64,000 bases of DNA, taken from Escherichia phage phiLLS. Each line of letters begins with the position of its first letter. Position 1 is the stretch's first letter. The notes under the pieces are model-generated. The model searched no databases. It was not told the DNA's origin and saw nothing but the letters and a program-made list of their open reading frames with translations. The stretch lies in the sequence record NC_047822.1, one strand, 5' to 3'. A program made the translations under genes and the position numbers. This document shows positions 18,463 to 25,822 of this stretch, piece after piece.

Positions 18463-18516
18463 AGCGGCATCTTGTTAAGTTGAGGGTTGCTGGTTCGAAT
18501 CCAGCAGGAACCGCCA
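18439..18516 (+). tRNA. tRNA, probable Asn (anticodon GTT), CCA encoded
   Basis: Perfect acceptor ggttcct/aggaacc, D-stem gctc/gagc, loop TTGTTAA, T-arm gctgg-TTCGAAT-ccagc; anticodon stem weak. Confidence 0.5.
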
Positions 18517-18618
18517 AATTCTGTGTAGAGTTAAGTAAACCGGTAGCCAACCAGCTATCATTGCTGACATCGAATTCAGCCACAGATACCATTTTCATTA
18601 ATAACTGAGGAAATAAGC

Positions 18619-18804
18619 ATGTCCAAGAATGTAATTGCGCAGCTAGAAGTTCATCGTGATAGCACTATCAACAATATTGAAGTTGAAAAGAAATACATCG
18701 AAGAACTTAAACACGATATACTAATAAGTCTCAATCGTCTTAATGTACGAAAAGAGTTTCTTAAAGAACTTAATGCAGCTATTGAAAAACTCAAAGCTGA
18801 GTAA
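18619..18804 (+). CDS. Hypothetical small coiled-coil protein
   Basis: 61-aa ORF with GAGGAAA RBS. Confidence 0.45.
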   Translation: MSKNVIAQLEVHRDSTINNIEVEKKYIEELKHDILISLNRLNVRKEFLKELNAAIEKLKAE

Positions 18805-18813
18805 ATGAATTAT

Positions 18814-18890
18814 GCGACCGGGGCTGGCTTGGTAATGGTACTCCCCTGTCACGGGAGGGAATGTGGGTTCAAATCCCATCGGTCGCGCCA
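18814..18890 (+). tRNA. tRNA-Asp (anticodon GTC), CCA encoded
   Basis: Perfect acceptor gcgaccg/cggtcgc, anticodon stem ctccc/gggag with loop CTGTCAC, T-arm gtggg-TTCAAAT-cccat. Confidence 0.7.
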
Positions 18891-18915
18891 AATTAATTTA
18901 GTATGAGAATATACT

Positions 18916-19263
18916 ATGCGTAATGCCAAAGAAGAGCTGTTACTTGCCTTAAAAAATACTAATTCTGAAGTTAAATGTATTAAAATAGAATTCGGGTATT
19001 ATGGGGATAAAAAAGTTTGGGTATTGCCTTTAGGTTACACAGAAGAAGATATTGAGGATTTTCTTAATAACCTAGACTTTAAATATGACTCTGGGTACGG
19101 TGGACAATTACTTTATGGTAATGTATGGTTTGCCGATGGAACTTGGCTAGAACGTGGAGAATATGATGGTGCTGAGTGGTGGGAATACAAAGCCACACCA
19201 GCAATTCCAGAGGAATGCCGAACAATTAATGGTGAAGTAGATAATACTTTACGGTTAAACTAA
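18916..19263 (+). CDS. Hypothetical protein
   Basis: 115-aa ORF between tRNA genes. Confidence 0.45.
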   Translation: MRNAKEELLLALKNTNSEVKCIKIEFGYYGDKKVWVLPLGYTEEDIEDFLNNLDFKYDSGYGGQLLYGNVWFADGTWLERGEYDGAEWWEYKATPAIPEECRTINGEVDNTLRLN

Positions 19264-19385
19264 TAAAATTTCAGTGCAGAACACGGAGCTAGCAATTCGG
19301 AAGTGCTGACTCATGATAAGCTGCCTATGTACTTGCGAAGCGGTCGTGTCCAAGACTCGGACTCTTGCACTGAAAACAATCAAAC

Positions 19386-19506
19386 ATTCTAGCGTGGTTG
19401 ATGGGGAAACCAGCTTGGCTAGGGCAGAAGCTCGTTCGATTCGAGTGAAAGAATGGTTCTCGTAAGTCCGCACAAGTGATAACAGGTTCGAGTCCTGTCT
19501 AGAATG
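19386..19506 (+). ncRNA. Atypical tRNA-like element with two T-arm-like hairpins enclosed by a perfect 7-bp acceptor-like stem
   Basis: attctag...ctagaat closing stem; D-like arm tggtt-gatgggga-aacca; T-arms gctcg-TTCGATT-cgagt and acagg-TTCGAGT-cctgt; 121 nt. Confidence 0.3.
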
Positions 19507-19692
19507 ACATATTCTGGAGATTCTATGGATTATGAAGAGTTAGATAAATTAGCTGATACATTATCAGAACTATCTGATAATGTAGTAATAAAAGATTCTA
19601 GGATAGACAGTTTTATTGCTGATTATCGTAATGGTATTATCTCTAGGCAAGAACTAGTAGATAAAACTTATCAATATTTAAAGGGAAAGTAA
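19504..19692 (+). CDS. Hypothetical small acidic protein
   Basis: 62-aa ORF. Confidence 0.4.
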   Translation: MTYSGDSMDYEELDKLADTLSELSDNVVIKDSRIDSFIADYRNGIISRQELVDKTYQYLKGK

Positions 19693-19710
19693 ACGAAAGT
19701 TTACTTATTA
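19689..19710 (+). terminator. Terminator-like hairpin
   Basis: gtaaacgaaagtttac followed by TTATTA. Confidence 0.4.
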
Positions 19711-19837
19711 TGTAGGTTCCGATAGATCGGCGGGTCTATTCTGGCATTTAAGAGAAGTCTCGCAAACTTCTTTGTCAGCCGTGGGGTTGGTAGCCTCCAG
19801 GTGGCCTACACAATAAGTAAATTTATTAAAAATTCAT

Positions 19838-19866
19838 TTGCTATTCTGCTTTATTATCTGTATAAT
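19838..19866 (+). promoter_or_regulatory. T5-type early promoter
   Basis: -35 TTGCTA, 17-bp spacer, -10 TATAAT. Confidence 0.55.
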
Positions 19867-19898
19867 ATATTTTATAAAGTGAAGAGAAGGAAAGCAAA

Positions 19899-20057
19899 AT
19901 GAAACACAAGATAGCTCAAGTTTTTATGGCATTATGGTGTATGCCAATAGCTATAACAGCATTTAATCTAGATACTTTTACTATAGAAGAAAAATGTATC
20001 GGATTAGTTAGCGGTTTTAGTATGCTGGGCTTATCTTTGCTGTGGTTAAAGAAATAA
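19899..20057 (+). CDS. Hypothetical small membrane protein (52 aa)
   Basis: ATG with AGAAGGAAAG RBS after promoter; hydrophobic; below ORF-track cutoff. Confidence 0.4.
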   Translation: MKHKIAQVFMALWCMPIAITAFNLDTFTIEEKCIGLVSGFSMLGLSLLWLKK

Positions 20058-20061
20058 TATT

Positions 20062-20139
20062 CTCCGTGTAGCTCAGTTTGGCCAGAGCGTTTCGTTTGGG
20101 GCGATAGGGTCGGGGGTTCAAATCCTCCCACGGAGACCA
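20062..20139 (+). tRNA. tRNA-Pro (anticodon TGG), CCA encoded
   Basis: Perfect acceptor ctccgtg/cacggag, D-stem gctc/gagc, loop TTTGGGG, T-arm ggggg-TTCAAAT-cctcc. Confidence 0.65.
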
Positions 20140-20145
20140 AACAAT

Positions 20146-20223
20146 TGCGGGTTAGATCTCTGGTAGAGATCGCTAGTCTCATAAGCTAGAAAGAGGTAGG
20201 TTCGATTCCTGCACCCGCTTCCA
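20146..20223 (+). tRNA. tRNA with anticodon CAT (Met or Ile2), CCA encoded
   Basis: D-stem gatc/gatc, anticodon stem ctagt/gctag with loop CTCATAA, T-arm gtagg-TTCGATT-cctgc, 1:72 mismatch. Confidence 0.55.
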
Positions 20224-20243
20224 TTTTAATAGAGGATTTCGAA

Positions 20244-20411
20244 ATGAAAGTATTTCGATTAGTAGTAAGTGACAAACGTTTAGGTAATAATACCTCAAGA
20301 TCCTTACTTGCACATTATGGAAAAGATGAAAAAGAAGTAATGGCGGAGTTTGGGATTAATCATTCTTACTTAAAAGTCCATTCTATTAAAGAAGTATACA
20401 ATGGTTACTAA
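20244..20411 (+). CDS. Hypothetical small protein (55 aa)
   Basis: ATG with AGAGGA RBS; below ORF-track cutoff. Confidence 0.35.
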   Translation: MKVFRLVVSDKRLGNNTSRSLLAHYGKDEKEVMAEFGINHSYLKVHSIKEVYNGY

Positions 20412-20412
20412 T

Positions 20413-20491
20413 AGATCGCTAGCTCAATAGGTTTAGTAGCATCCGACTTTTAATCGGAAGGTTCTGGGTTCGAGTCCCAGGCGATCTACCA
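20413..20491 (+). tRNA. tRNA-Lys (anticodon TTT), CCA encoded
   Basis: Perfect acceptor agatcgc/gcgatct, anticodon stem tccga/tcgga with loop CTTTTAA, T-arm ctggg-TTCGAGT-cccag. Confidence 0.7.
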
Positions 20492-20509
20492 ATTTCAAGA
20501 AAAACGCAG

Positions 20510-20538
20510 TTGCTTGATGCTTAATTTCTTGTTATAAT
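20510..20538 (+). promoter_or_regulatory. T5-type promoter driving a 1.3-kb ORF-free RNA-gene region
   Basis: -35 TTGCTT, 17-bp spacer, -10 TATAAT. Confidence 0.55.
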
Positions 20539-20871
20539 ATTTATATAAATTGATGCGAAAATAGCTGCCTAGATACCAGGTGTATGACGTCTACACTAGC
20601 AGAGCTACCGAAAAAGAGATCCTCAGGATAAACGTCGTAGCAAAATTAGTCTGGTATCCATCAATTTAGTTCACTAAGGTATTAGCTCGACCTAGGACTG
20701 GCTGCCAAAAAGCACGATCCCTACGATTCGGGAGAAGTTCTAGATTAGTCCACTAGATTCAGCGGCAACTGAATAGTGTATTGGGTTTGCGAGATGACGC
20801 AGTTCCTTCCGCTCGAAGCGAAGGTGCTGTAGTTACGCCGAGCTAATAGCCTTAGTAAACTAAAGAATTTG

Positions 20872-20947
20872 GGGGAATGGGTCTGCATGGAGTGGACACC
20901 TCGCTTGCACCGAGGACATCAGAACGGTTCGATTCCGTTATTCTCCA
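20872..20947 (+). tRNA. tRNA-Ala (anticodon TGC)
   Basis: Acceptor ggggaat/attctcc, D-stem gtct/ggac, perfect anticodon stem cctcg/cgagg with loop CTTGCAC, T-arm aacgg-TTCGATT-ccgtt. Confidence 0.6.
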
Positions 20948-20955
20948 CAAAATAC

Positions 20956-21033
20956 GCGTGATTGATGGAATTGGCATACATACCGTCCTTAGAAGTCGGG
21001 TTTTGAGGGTTCGAATCCCTTGTCACGCACCAA
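20956..21033 (+). tRNA. tRNA with anticodon TAG (Leu-type anticodon) but short variable loop, CCA encoded
   Basis: Acceptor gcgtgat/gtcacgc, loop CTTAGAA, 5-nt variable loop, T-arm gaggg-TTCGAAT-ccctt. Confidence 0.5.
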
Positions 21034-21144
21034 ATTTGATGGTCAGAGTAAATTAAACCTACTATCTCGGTTGAGCTGTTTTAATGGGTTCGAATCCCAG
21101 CGGGGCGTAACTGCCTGGTGTGATAGAGGCATCATCTTATTATT

Positions 21145-21235
21145 GGAAGAGCAAATCGAATTGGCGACGAAAACCGCTTGGAAAGTGGCTGACTGGTAAA
21201 ACGGCTTGAGAGTTCAAATCTCTCCTCTTCCGCCA
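21145..21235 (+). tRNA. tRNA-Ser (anticodon GGA), class II, CCA encoded
   Basis: Perfect acceptor ggaagag/ctcttcc, loop TTGGAAA, long variable arm, T-arm gagag-TTCAAAT-ctctc. Confidence 0.55.
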
Positions 21236-21247
21236 AACAATTTATAT

Positions 21248-21342
21248 GGTAGGTCAATCCAACGGCTGGCGCTGGACTCCGACTTGAAATCGGTTGATCG
21301 TAGTGATACGGTGTAAGGGTTCGATCCCCTTACCTACCTCCA
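21248..21342 (+). tRNA. tRNA-Ser (anticodon TGA), class II, CCA encoded
   Basis: Perfect acceptor ggtaggt/acctacc, anticodon stem ccga/tcgg with loop CTTGAAA, long variable arm, T-arm aaggg-TTCGATC-ccctt. Confidence 0.55.
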
Positions 21343-21707
21343 AATCTTGGAATATGCCGGAATTGGTAGACGGGACTGCCGAATAGGTTTACTAGGAACA
21401 TCCACTCCTAGAAATATACCTTAAAAGCGGTTGAGTTAAATGGTCTAACTCATGAAGGTTCAAATCCTTCTATTCCTTGATACATCAATGGCTCAAAGTG
21501 TAACGGTGCTATTTGATGCACTTGGAAAGACTTTCCCGACATGCGTTCGGGGGTAAGCTTCTGAGGCTAGAATAGAAGAGTTTCTGGGAGCCGCCACAAT
21601 CGAAAATTCGTACTCGTCTTGAGCTGCGTGCAATAGGAGATAACTTGATTAGTATTCTAGAACATGCTAATTGAGGATGGTTTCGCTAACCCTGCGAGTT
21701 TTCAATT

Positions 21708-21784
21708 GTGGCTATATCATAATTGGTTAATGATCCTGATTGTGAATCAGGCCTATGTGGATTCGAATTCCACTAGCCACCCCA
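21708..21784 (+). tRNA. tRNA-His (anticodon GTG), CCA encoded
   Basis: Perfect acceptor gtggcta/tagccac with C73 discriminator, anticodon stem cctga/tcagg with loop TTGTGAA, T-arm gtgga-TTCGAAT-tccac. Confidence 0.7.
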
Positions 21785-21809
21785 AATTAATTTAAATAGG
21801 AAATAAAAT

Positions 21810-22004
21810 ATGGCTGATTTCTGCAAACAATGCTCCATTGATATGTGGGGCAGAGATACTGGTGACTTAGCTGGTCTGATTACAGAAGCCGAAGTCAAAG
21901 AAGGTTATGGTGCAGTTGTGGTTTGCGAAGGATGCGGAGTCATTCGAGTAGACCATAAAGGTAAGCGCCTTGAAGAACCTGAGCCAGTTACTCTATTTCC
22001 ATAG
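21810..22004 (+). CDS. Hypothetical small Cys-rich (zinc-ribbon-like) protein
   Basis: 64-aa ORF with CxxC...CxxC pairs. Confidence 0.45.
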   Translation: MADFCKQCSIDMWGRDTGDLAGLITEAEVKEGYGAVVVCEGCGVIRVDHKGKRLEEPEPVTLFP

Positions 22005-22017
22005 AGTAAAGAATTAT

Positions 22018-22093
22018 TGGGATGTAGATCAATTGGCAGATCGTCGGCCTCTGACTCCGAAGGTTCCACGTTCGATCCGTGGCATCCCAGCCA
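22018..22093 (+). tRNA. tRNA-Gln (anticodon CTG), CCA encoded
   Basis: Perfect acceptor tgggatg/catccca, D-stem gatc/gatc, loop CTCTGAC, T-arm ccacg-TTCGATC-cgtgg. Confidence 0.6.
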
Positions 22094-22099
22094 AATTAT

Positions 22100-22175
22100 T
22101 GGAGAGTAGTGTAACGGTTAGCACAACGGCCTTTGACTCCGTTAATGGTAGGTTCGATTCCTCCTTCTCCAGCCA
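22100..22175 (+). tRNA. tRNA-Gln (anticodon TTG), CCA encoded
   Basis: Acceptor tggagag/ttctcca, anticodon stem acgg/ccgt with loop CTTTGAC, T-arm gtagg-TTCGATT-cctcc. Confidence 0.6.
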
Positions 22176-22192
22176 ACTTAAAAGGTAAAAAT

Positions 22193-22753
22193 GTGAAGGT
22201 AATACCGGAATTTCCATTATATAGTATATCTGAGGATGGTAAAGTTTGGTCAACTTATTCTAATAAGTTTTTATCCTCTTATATTAACAATGATGGGTAT
22301 CCCTGTTATAAATTACATAAGAAGGGGGTTCAGTATACTCAACTAATACATAGATTATTAGCTAGAGTATACAAAGATCTGCCTTCTCTGGATTCTGACC
22401 TAGAGGTAGATCACAAAGATACTAATATTCTTAACTATGCACTAGAGAATATACAAGTTCTCAGTAAAGAGGATCACAGAAAGAAAACCTTACTAGATAA
22501 TGGGTATACTGCGTATAACAAGGTATGTCCAACTTGCTCAGGATACAAAGATCCCGGAGCTATTCAGTGTAAGGGATGTTCTTCGCTATCCCAAGTAAAG
22601 AATAAAGATGTTACTGCTGAGCAAATAGAATACTGGGTGTCCAAGTATTCATGGGTTAGAGCAGCCAAAGAATTTGGATACTCAGATAATGGACTTCGTA
22701 AAAGGTATAAATCCCTTACTGGTAAAGATCCAAAAACAATAAAACGCGGTTAG
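22193..22753 (+). CDS. HNH homing endonuclease (probable GTG start)
   Basis: HNH motif EVDHKDTNILNYALENIQVL plus Cys-rich C-terminus; ORF-track start overlaps tRNA-Gln; stop overlaps tRNA-Gly. Confidence 0.6.
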   Translation: MKVIPEFPLYSISEDGKVWSTYSNKFLSSYINNDGYPCYKLHKKGVQYTQLIHRLLARVYKDLPSLDSDLEVDHKDTNILNYALENIQVLSKEDHRKKTLLDNGYTAYNKVCPTCSGYKDPGAIQCKGCSSLSQVKNKDVTAEQIEYWVSKYSWVRAAKEFGYSDNGLRKRYKSLTGKDPKTIKRG

Positions 22754-22817
22754 CCTCATGGTGGGGACTCAGCCTTCCAAGCTGATGGAGAGGGTTCGAT
22801 TCCCTCTAGCCGCTCCA
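22746..22817 (+). tRNA. tRNA-Gly (anticodon TCC), compact, CCA encoded
   Basis: Acceptor gcggtta/tagccgc, perfect anticodon stem tcagc/gctga with loop CTTCCAA, T-arm gaggg-TTCGATT-ccctc. Confidence 0.55.
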
Positions 22818-22833
22818 ACTTTAAGGAAACACT

Positions 22834-23085
22834 ATGCACGTTTTTGAGTTTCGTAATAAAAGTACTGATAAGCGAGTTATCATTATTGGAGAAACATATC
22901 GAGCATATGAACAAACTGACGGCTCTGTTATCTTGAATGATGAGAAAGGAGGTTTTAGCTTTTATCCAGAAGAACCTTATGAAGAGTTTCGAAAACAATT
23001 TAACCTAGACTGGAGAAAGCATTTAAACACTGTTGCTCCATCTGTAGTATTGCCAACTACCAGTACTGTACCCTCTAATGGCTGA
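22834..23085 (+). CDS. Hypothetical protein
   Basis: 83-aa ORF with AGGAAAC RBS. Confidence 0.45.
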   Translation: MHVFEFRNKSTDKRVIIIGETYRAYEQTDGSVILNDEKGGFSFYPEEPYEEFRKQFNLDWRKHLNTVAPSVVLPTTSTVPSNG

Positions 23086-23242
23086 CAACCTAAAAGTAAA
23101 GATTGATAAACAAAAGAAACGTGTAGAAGTAGAGATTGGCGAAGAACGTGTTGCCTTTACTTTCGAGTTTCTTCAGCAGTTGGCAATGACAGTAATGTCA
23201 GATAAATCCCCTGTATTTGAAAAAGAAATCCCGTTGAAATAA
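23078..23242 (+). CDS. Hypothetical small protein (54 aa)
   Basis: ATG overlapping the stop of the preceding gene (ATGGCTGA); below ORF-track cutoff. Confidence 0.35.
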   Translation: MADNLKVKIDKQKKRVEVEIGEERVAFTFEFLQQLAMTVMSDKSPVFEKEIPLK

Positions 23243-23252
23243 CGGGATTATC

Positions 23253-23327
23253 GCTCCTAAAGCATTGCTGGCGATGCAGTTGCCTTGTAAGCATCTGAAC
23301 CGGGTTCGATTCCTGGTGGGAGCACCA
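23253..23327 (+). tRNA. tRNA-Thr (anticodon TGT), CCA encoded
   Basis: Acceptor gctccta/tgggagc, D-stem gcat/atgc, loop CTTGTAA, T-arm ccggg-TTCGATT-cctgg. Confidence 0.6.
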
Positions 23328-23342
23328 AATTTAAAAATTCAT

Positions 23343-23371
23343 TTGCTTTCTCCCTTATTTATTGCTATAAT
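23343..23371 (+). promoter_or_regulatory. T5-type early promoter
   Basis: -35 TTGCTT, 17-bp spacer, -10 TATAAT. Confidence 0.55.
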
Positions 23372-23401
23372 ATTTATATAAATTAATGAGAGGGAAACCA
23401 A

Positions 23402-23692
23402 ATGAAACGTTATCTTTCTGTAATATTCCAAACTGGTGGCCAAAGATACACCTATGAATTTCCATCCTCTTGGAAAATCAAAGAGGGTGATCAAGTAGTA
23501 GTGCTAACACCGCGTGAAGGATATAAAGTAGTAACGGTTAAACAAGTATTTCCAAAAGATCATGAACCAGCTAAAGGCATCCGCTATAAGATGATTCATG
23601 GTGTGGTTCGTCAAGTACCACGAACTGAGGTAGAAGTAGATAAGACTGGAGAAACTAAATTCCATTATACTTCTTACTTAGACAGTGTGTGA
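23402..23692 (+). CDS. Hypothetical protein
   Basis: 96-aa ORF with GAGAGGGAAAC RBS after promoter. Confidence 0.5.
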   Translation: MKRYLSVIFQTGGQRYTYEFPSSWKIKEGDQVVVLTPREGYKVVTVKQVFPKDHEPAKGIRYKMIHGVVRQVPRTEVEVDKTGETKFHYTSYLDSV

Positions 23693-23707
23693 TGTAAATA
23701 TTTTAAT

Positions 23708-23784
23708 GCTTCGGTAGCTTAGCGATCTAAAGCACTCGGCCGATAACCGAGAGATCGGGGGTTTAAATCCCTCCCGGAGTACCA
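23708..23784 (+). tRNA. tRNA-Ile (anticodon GAT), atypical loops, CCA encoded
   Basis: Acceptor gcttcgg/ccggagt, perfect anticodon stem ctcgg/ccgag with loop CCGATAA, T-arm ggggg-TTTAAAT-ccctc. Confidence 0.5.
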
Positions 23785-23880
23785 AATTTAGGAATTAAGA
23801 CTATGCGTCCAGGAAAGTTTAAAAAAGCTAATTGGTCTAAAGAGTATAAAGAATACTTACTTAGTCTAGTAAAACATAAC

Positions 23881-23956
23881 AGTTAGTTGGCAGAGTGGTT
23901 ATGCACCTCCTTCATACGGAGCGACTACAGTGGTTCAAATCCACTACTAACTACCA
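23881..23956 (+). tRNA. tRNA with anticodon CAT (Met or Ile2), CCA encoded
   Basis: Perfect acceptor agttagt/actaact, D-stem gca/tgc, loop TTCATAC, perfect T-arm agtgg-TTCAAAT-ccact. Confidence 0.6.
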
Positions 23957-23993
23957 TTAAAATAGCTAGAGATAGCTAAATTTAGGAGCAGCT

Positions 23994-24188
23994 ATGTTAA
24001 CAATTAAAATAATGTCAGCCAAGAATGGGGAGCAGATTCATACAGGCAAAAGTGTAAGCTTTAATCCTAGAAATAAAAGATTAGCTATAGTTGGAGTAGA
24101 CCAAGCCATCTTTTTAAAAGAAGATGAAGTAGCATATGTTATGAACCAAACTGGTAAGACAGTTTCCGTATACTATGGAAAAGTATAA
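23994..24188 (+). CDS. Hypothetical small protein
   Basis: 64-aa ORF with AGGAG RBS. Confidence 0.45.
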   Translation: MLTIKIMSAKNGEQIHTGKSVSFNPRNKRLAIVGVDQAIFLKEDEVAYVMNQTGKTVSVYYGKV

Positions 24189-24230
24189 AGAATAAAGAGC
24201 TGAGCCAAATTCTAACATCGGGGAGATCTA

Positions 24231-24599
24231 ATGAAAGCATATCAAAACCTTAAATCTGGCGTAATTAATATTGTTCATAATAATCAGATCATTCAGCTAT
24301 ACTCCGACAATGGTGAACTTAAACAGAAAGTTCTAGTTGAAGATCTAGAAGGTATTACACCACAATTCGATCCTGAATCCTTCCGTGAAGTTAAGGTGGA
24401 AGTCGCCCCTCAAATCGAAGGTGGTCAGCACCTAAATGTCAATGTATTAAGCCGTGATCAGCTTTTGGATGCACAGAAACATCCTGAAAAGTACCCTCAA
24501 TTAACTATCCGTGTTTCAGGGTACGCTGTACGTTTTAATGCACTGACTCGTGAACAGCAGAACGACGTTATTAGTCGTACATTTACTCAGGCGATGTAA
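24231..24599 (+). CDS. Hypothetical protein
   Basis: 122-aa ORF with GGGGAG RBS. Confidence 0.5.
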   Translation: MKAYQNLKSGVINIVHNNQIIQLYSDNGELKQKVLVEDLEGITPQFDPESFREVKVEVAPQIEGGQHLNVNVLSRDQLLDAQKHPEKYPQLTIRVSGYAVRFNALTREQQNDVISRTFTQAM

Positions 24600-24680
24600 T
24601 GGGGTTTGGATACGATTTCTCCGAATTACGTGAGGTAGTCGAGCAAATTCCATTTATCTCCCAAGTTTTAGGAGAAATGT

Positions 24681-24995
24681 GTGGATCGAGCATTAAGACG
24701 CCATCACCGGCAACGTGTGAAGAACAACCGCAAGAAGTATTGGACAGTATTTCCACATGAAGAAAGCCCTAAGCGGTTAGGTATTATCACTACTACTCCT
24801 TGCATCTGTTCTTGTTGGATGTGCGGGAACCCTCGCAAATATTATAAGAATAGTAAAGCAGGCATGAAAATTTCGGAGATTAGGAAAATGGAAGCAATGA
24901 TTATGGGCATCTCAAATGATGAATTTGATGGCTTTGTAGGATTCGGAGAAGGAATTAGCTCAGGCTGTTTCGAAGATGAACGCCCCGATCTGTAA
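24681..24995 (+). CDS. Hypothetical Cys-rich protein
   Basis: 104-aa ORF (CICSCWMC motif); terminator follows. Confidence 0.45.
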   Translation: MDRALRRHHRQRVKNNRKKYWTVFPHEESPKRLGIITTTPCICSCWMCGNPRKYYKNSKAGMKISEIRKMEAMIMGISNDEFDGFVGFGEGISSGCFEDERPDL

Positions 24996-25006
24996 TTAAT
25001 AACAAA

Positions 25007-25040
25007 CCCCAGCTATTGAATAAGTAGTCTGGGGTTTTTC
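25007..25040 (+). terminator. Rho-independent terminator
   Basis: Hairpin ccccag...ctgggg followed by TTTTTCT. Confidence 0.65.
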
Positions 25041-25116
25041 TGTATAAAGGTACATAATATATGTATAACAAAATTCATCCACATTAGGTTAATTTAAAAG
25101 ACTTAATGGAGGTAAT

Positions 25117-25464
25117 ATGAGCCGTACTTATCGTAAACAATCTGGTGATCAGTGGTGGAAGTCTAAAGAACAATTCTCTCAAGAATATTCTTTCATCAAA
25201 GAAAATGGCTACTGGATTCGTGTTATTTATGCTAAATCCTGGGATGATGTAGAACAGGAAATGAAGGAAGCAACCATTCGTAATGAGAAAAAGGATGGTT
25301 ATAACTGGAATTCTATTAGTAAGAATGTTAAGTGGCATTCTAATAAAATGGTTCGTCAAGGGAATCGTCAAGAACTCCACCGCGTGATGAAAGATCCAGA
25401 AAATTATGATTATAATCGCGATCATGACATGCGTAAGCGTGGATTATGGTGGTGCTATGACTAA
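25117..25464 (+). CDS. Hypothetical protein
   Basis: 115-aa ORF with GGAGG RBS. Confidence 0.5.
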   Translation: MSRTYRKQSGDQWWKSKEQFSQEYSFIKENGYWIRVIYAKSWDDVEQEMKEATIRNEKKDGYNWNSISKNVKWHSNKMVRQGNRQELHRVMKDPENYDYNRDHDMRKRGLWWCYD

Positions 25465-25481
25465 ATTCTGAAATAATTCAT

Positions 25482-25510
25482 TTGCTAAACCTCTCTTTTC
25501 TTGCTATAAT
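25482..25510 (+). promoter_or_regulatory. T5-type early promoter
   Basis: -35 TTGCTA, 17-bp spacer, -10 TATAAT. Confidence 0.55.
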
Positions 25511-25540
25511 ATATTTATAAATTGATGAGAGAGGTTTGAA

Positions 25541-25822
25541 ATGAAAACTCGTCTAGACTGTGCTGTTCATGTTCTTGAACATGATGTTGTGGGAACCTGT
25601 ATGTCTTATCACGAAGCAGGTCGTTTAATTAAAGAACGTGTGGCAGATGTGTGCGGATTGAAGATTACTGCTGAGGAAGCTGATGATCTTTTAGGTCAAG
25701 CACTAGAGAAAACCGAAATGTTTCTCTGCGATTCTTGTTCTTGGTGGTGTGAAGCTCACGAACGTTCTTTCAACGATTATGATGTATGTCGTGATTGTAG
25801 TGGGGAGGATGAAGATGAATAA
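25541..25822 (+). CDS. Hypothetical Cys-rich protein with acidic C-terminal tail
   Basis: 93-aa ORF after promoter; ends CRDCSGEDEDE. Confidence 0.5.
   Translation: MKTRLDCAVHVLEHDVVGTCMSYHEAGRLIKERVADVCGLKITAEEADDLLGQALEKTEMFLCDSCSWWCEAHERSFNDYDVCRDCSGEDEDE

Noticed and set aside
21081-21105. Isolated canonical T-arm considered as a tRNA gene
   Set aside because: No acceptor-stem partner within 100 nt upstream even allowing G-U pairs; kept as a possible tRNA remnant in the findings only.
11542-22998. Short ORFs overlapping tRNA genes (11542-11724 -, 17270-17488 -, 17433-17624 -, 19916-20182 -, 21970-22188 +, 22029-22253 -, 22756-22998 -)
   Set aside because: Each is explained by an overlapping tRNA or a better same-region CDS; no RBS.
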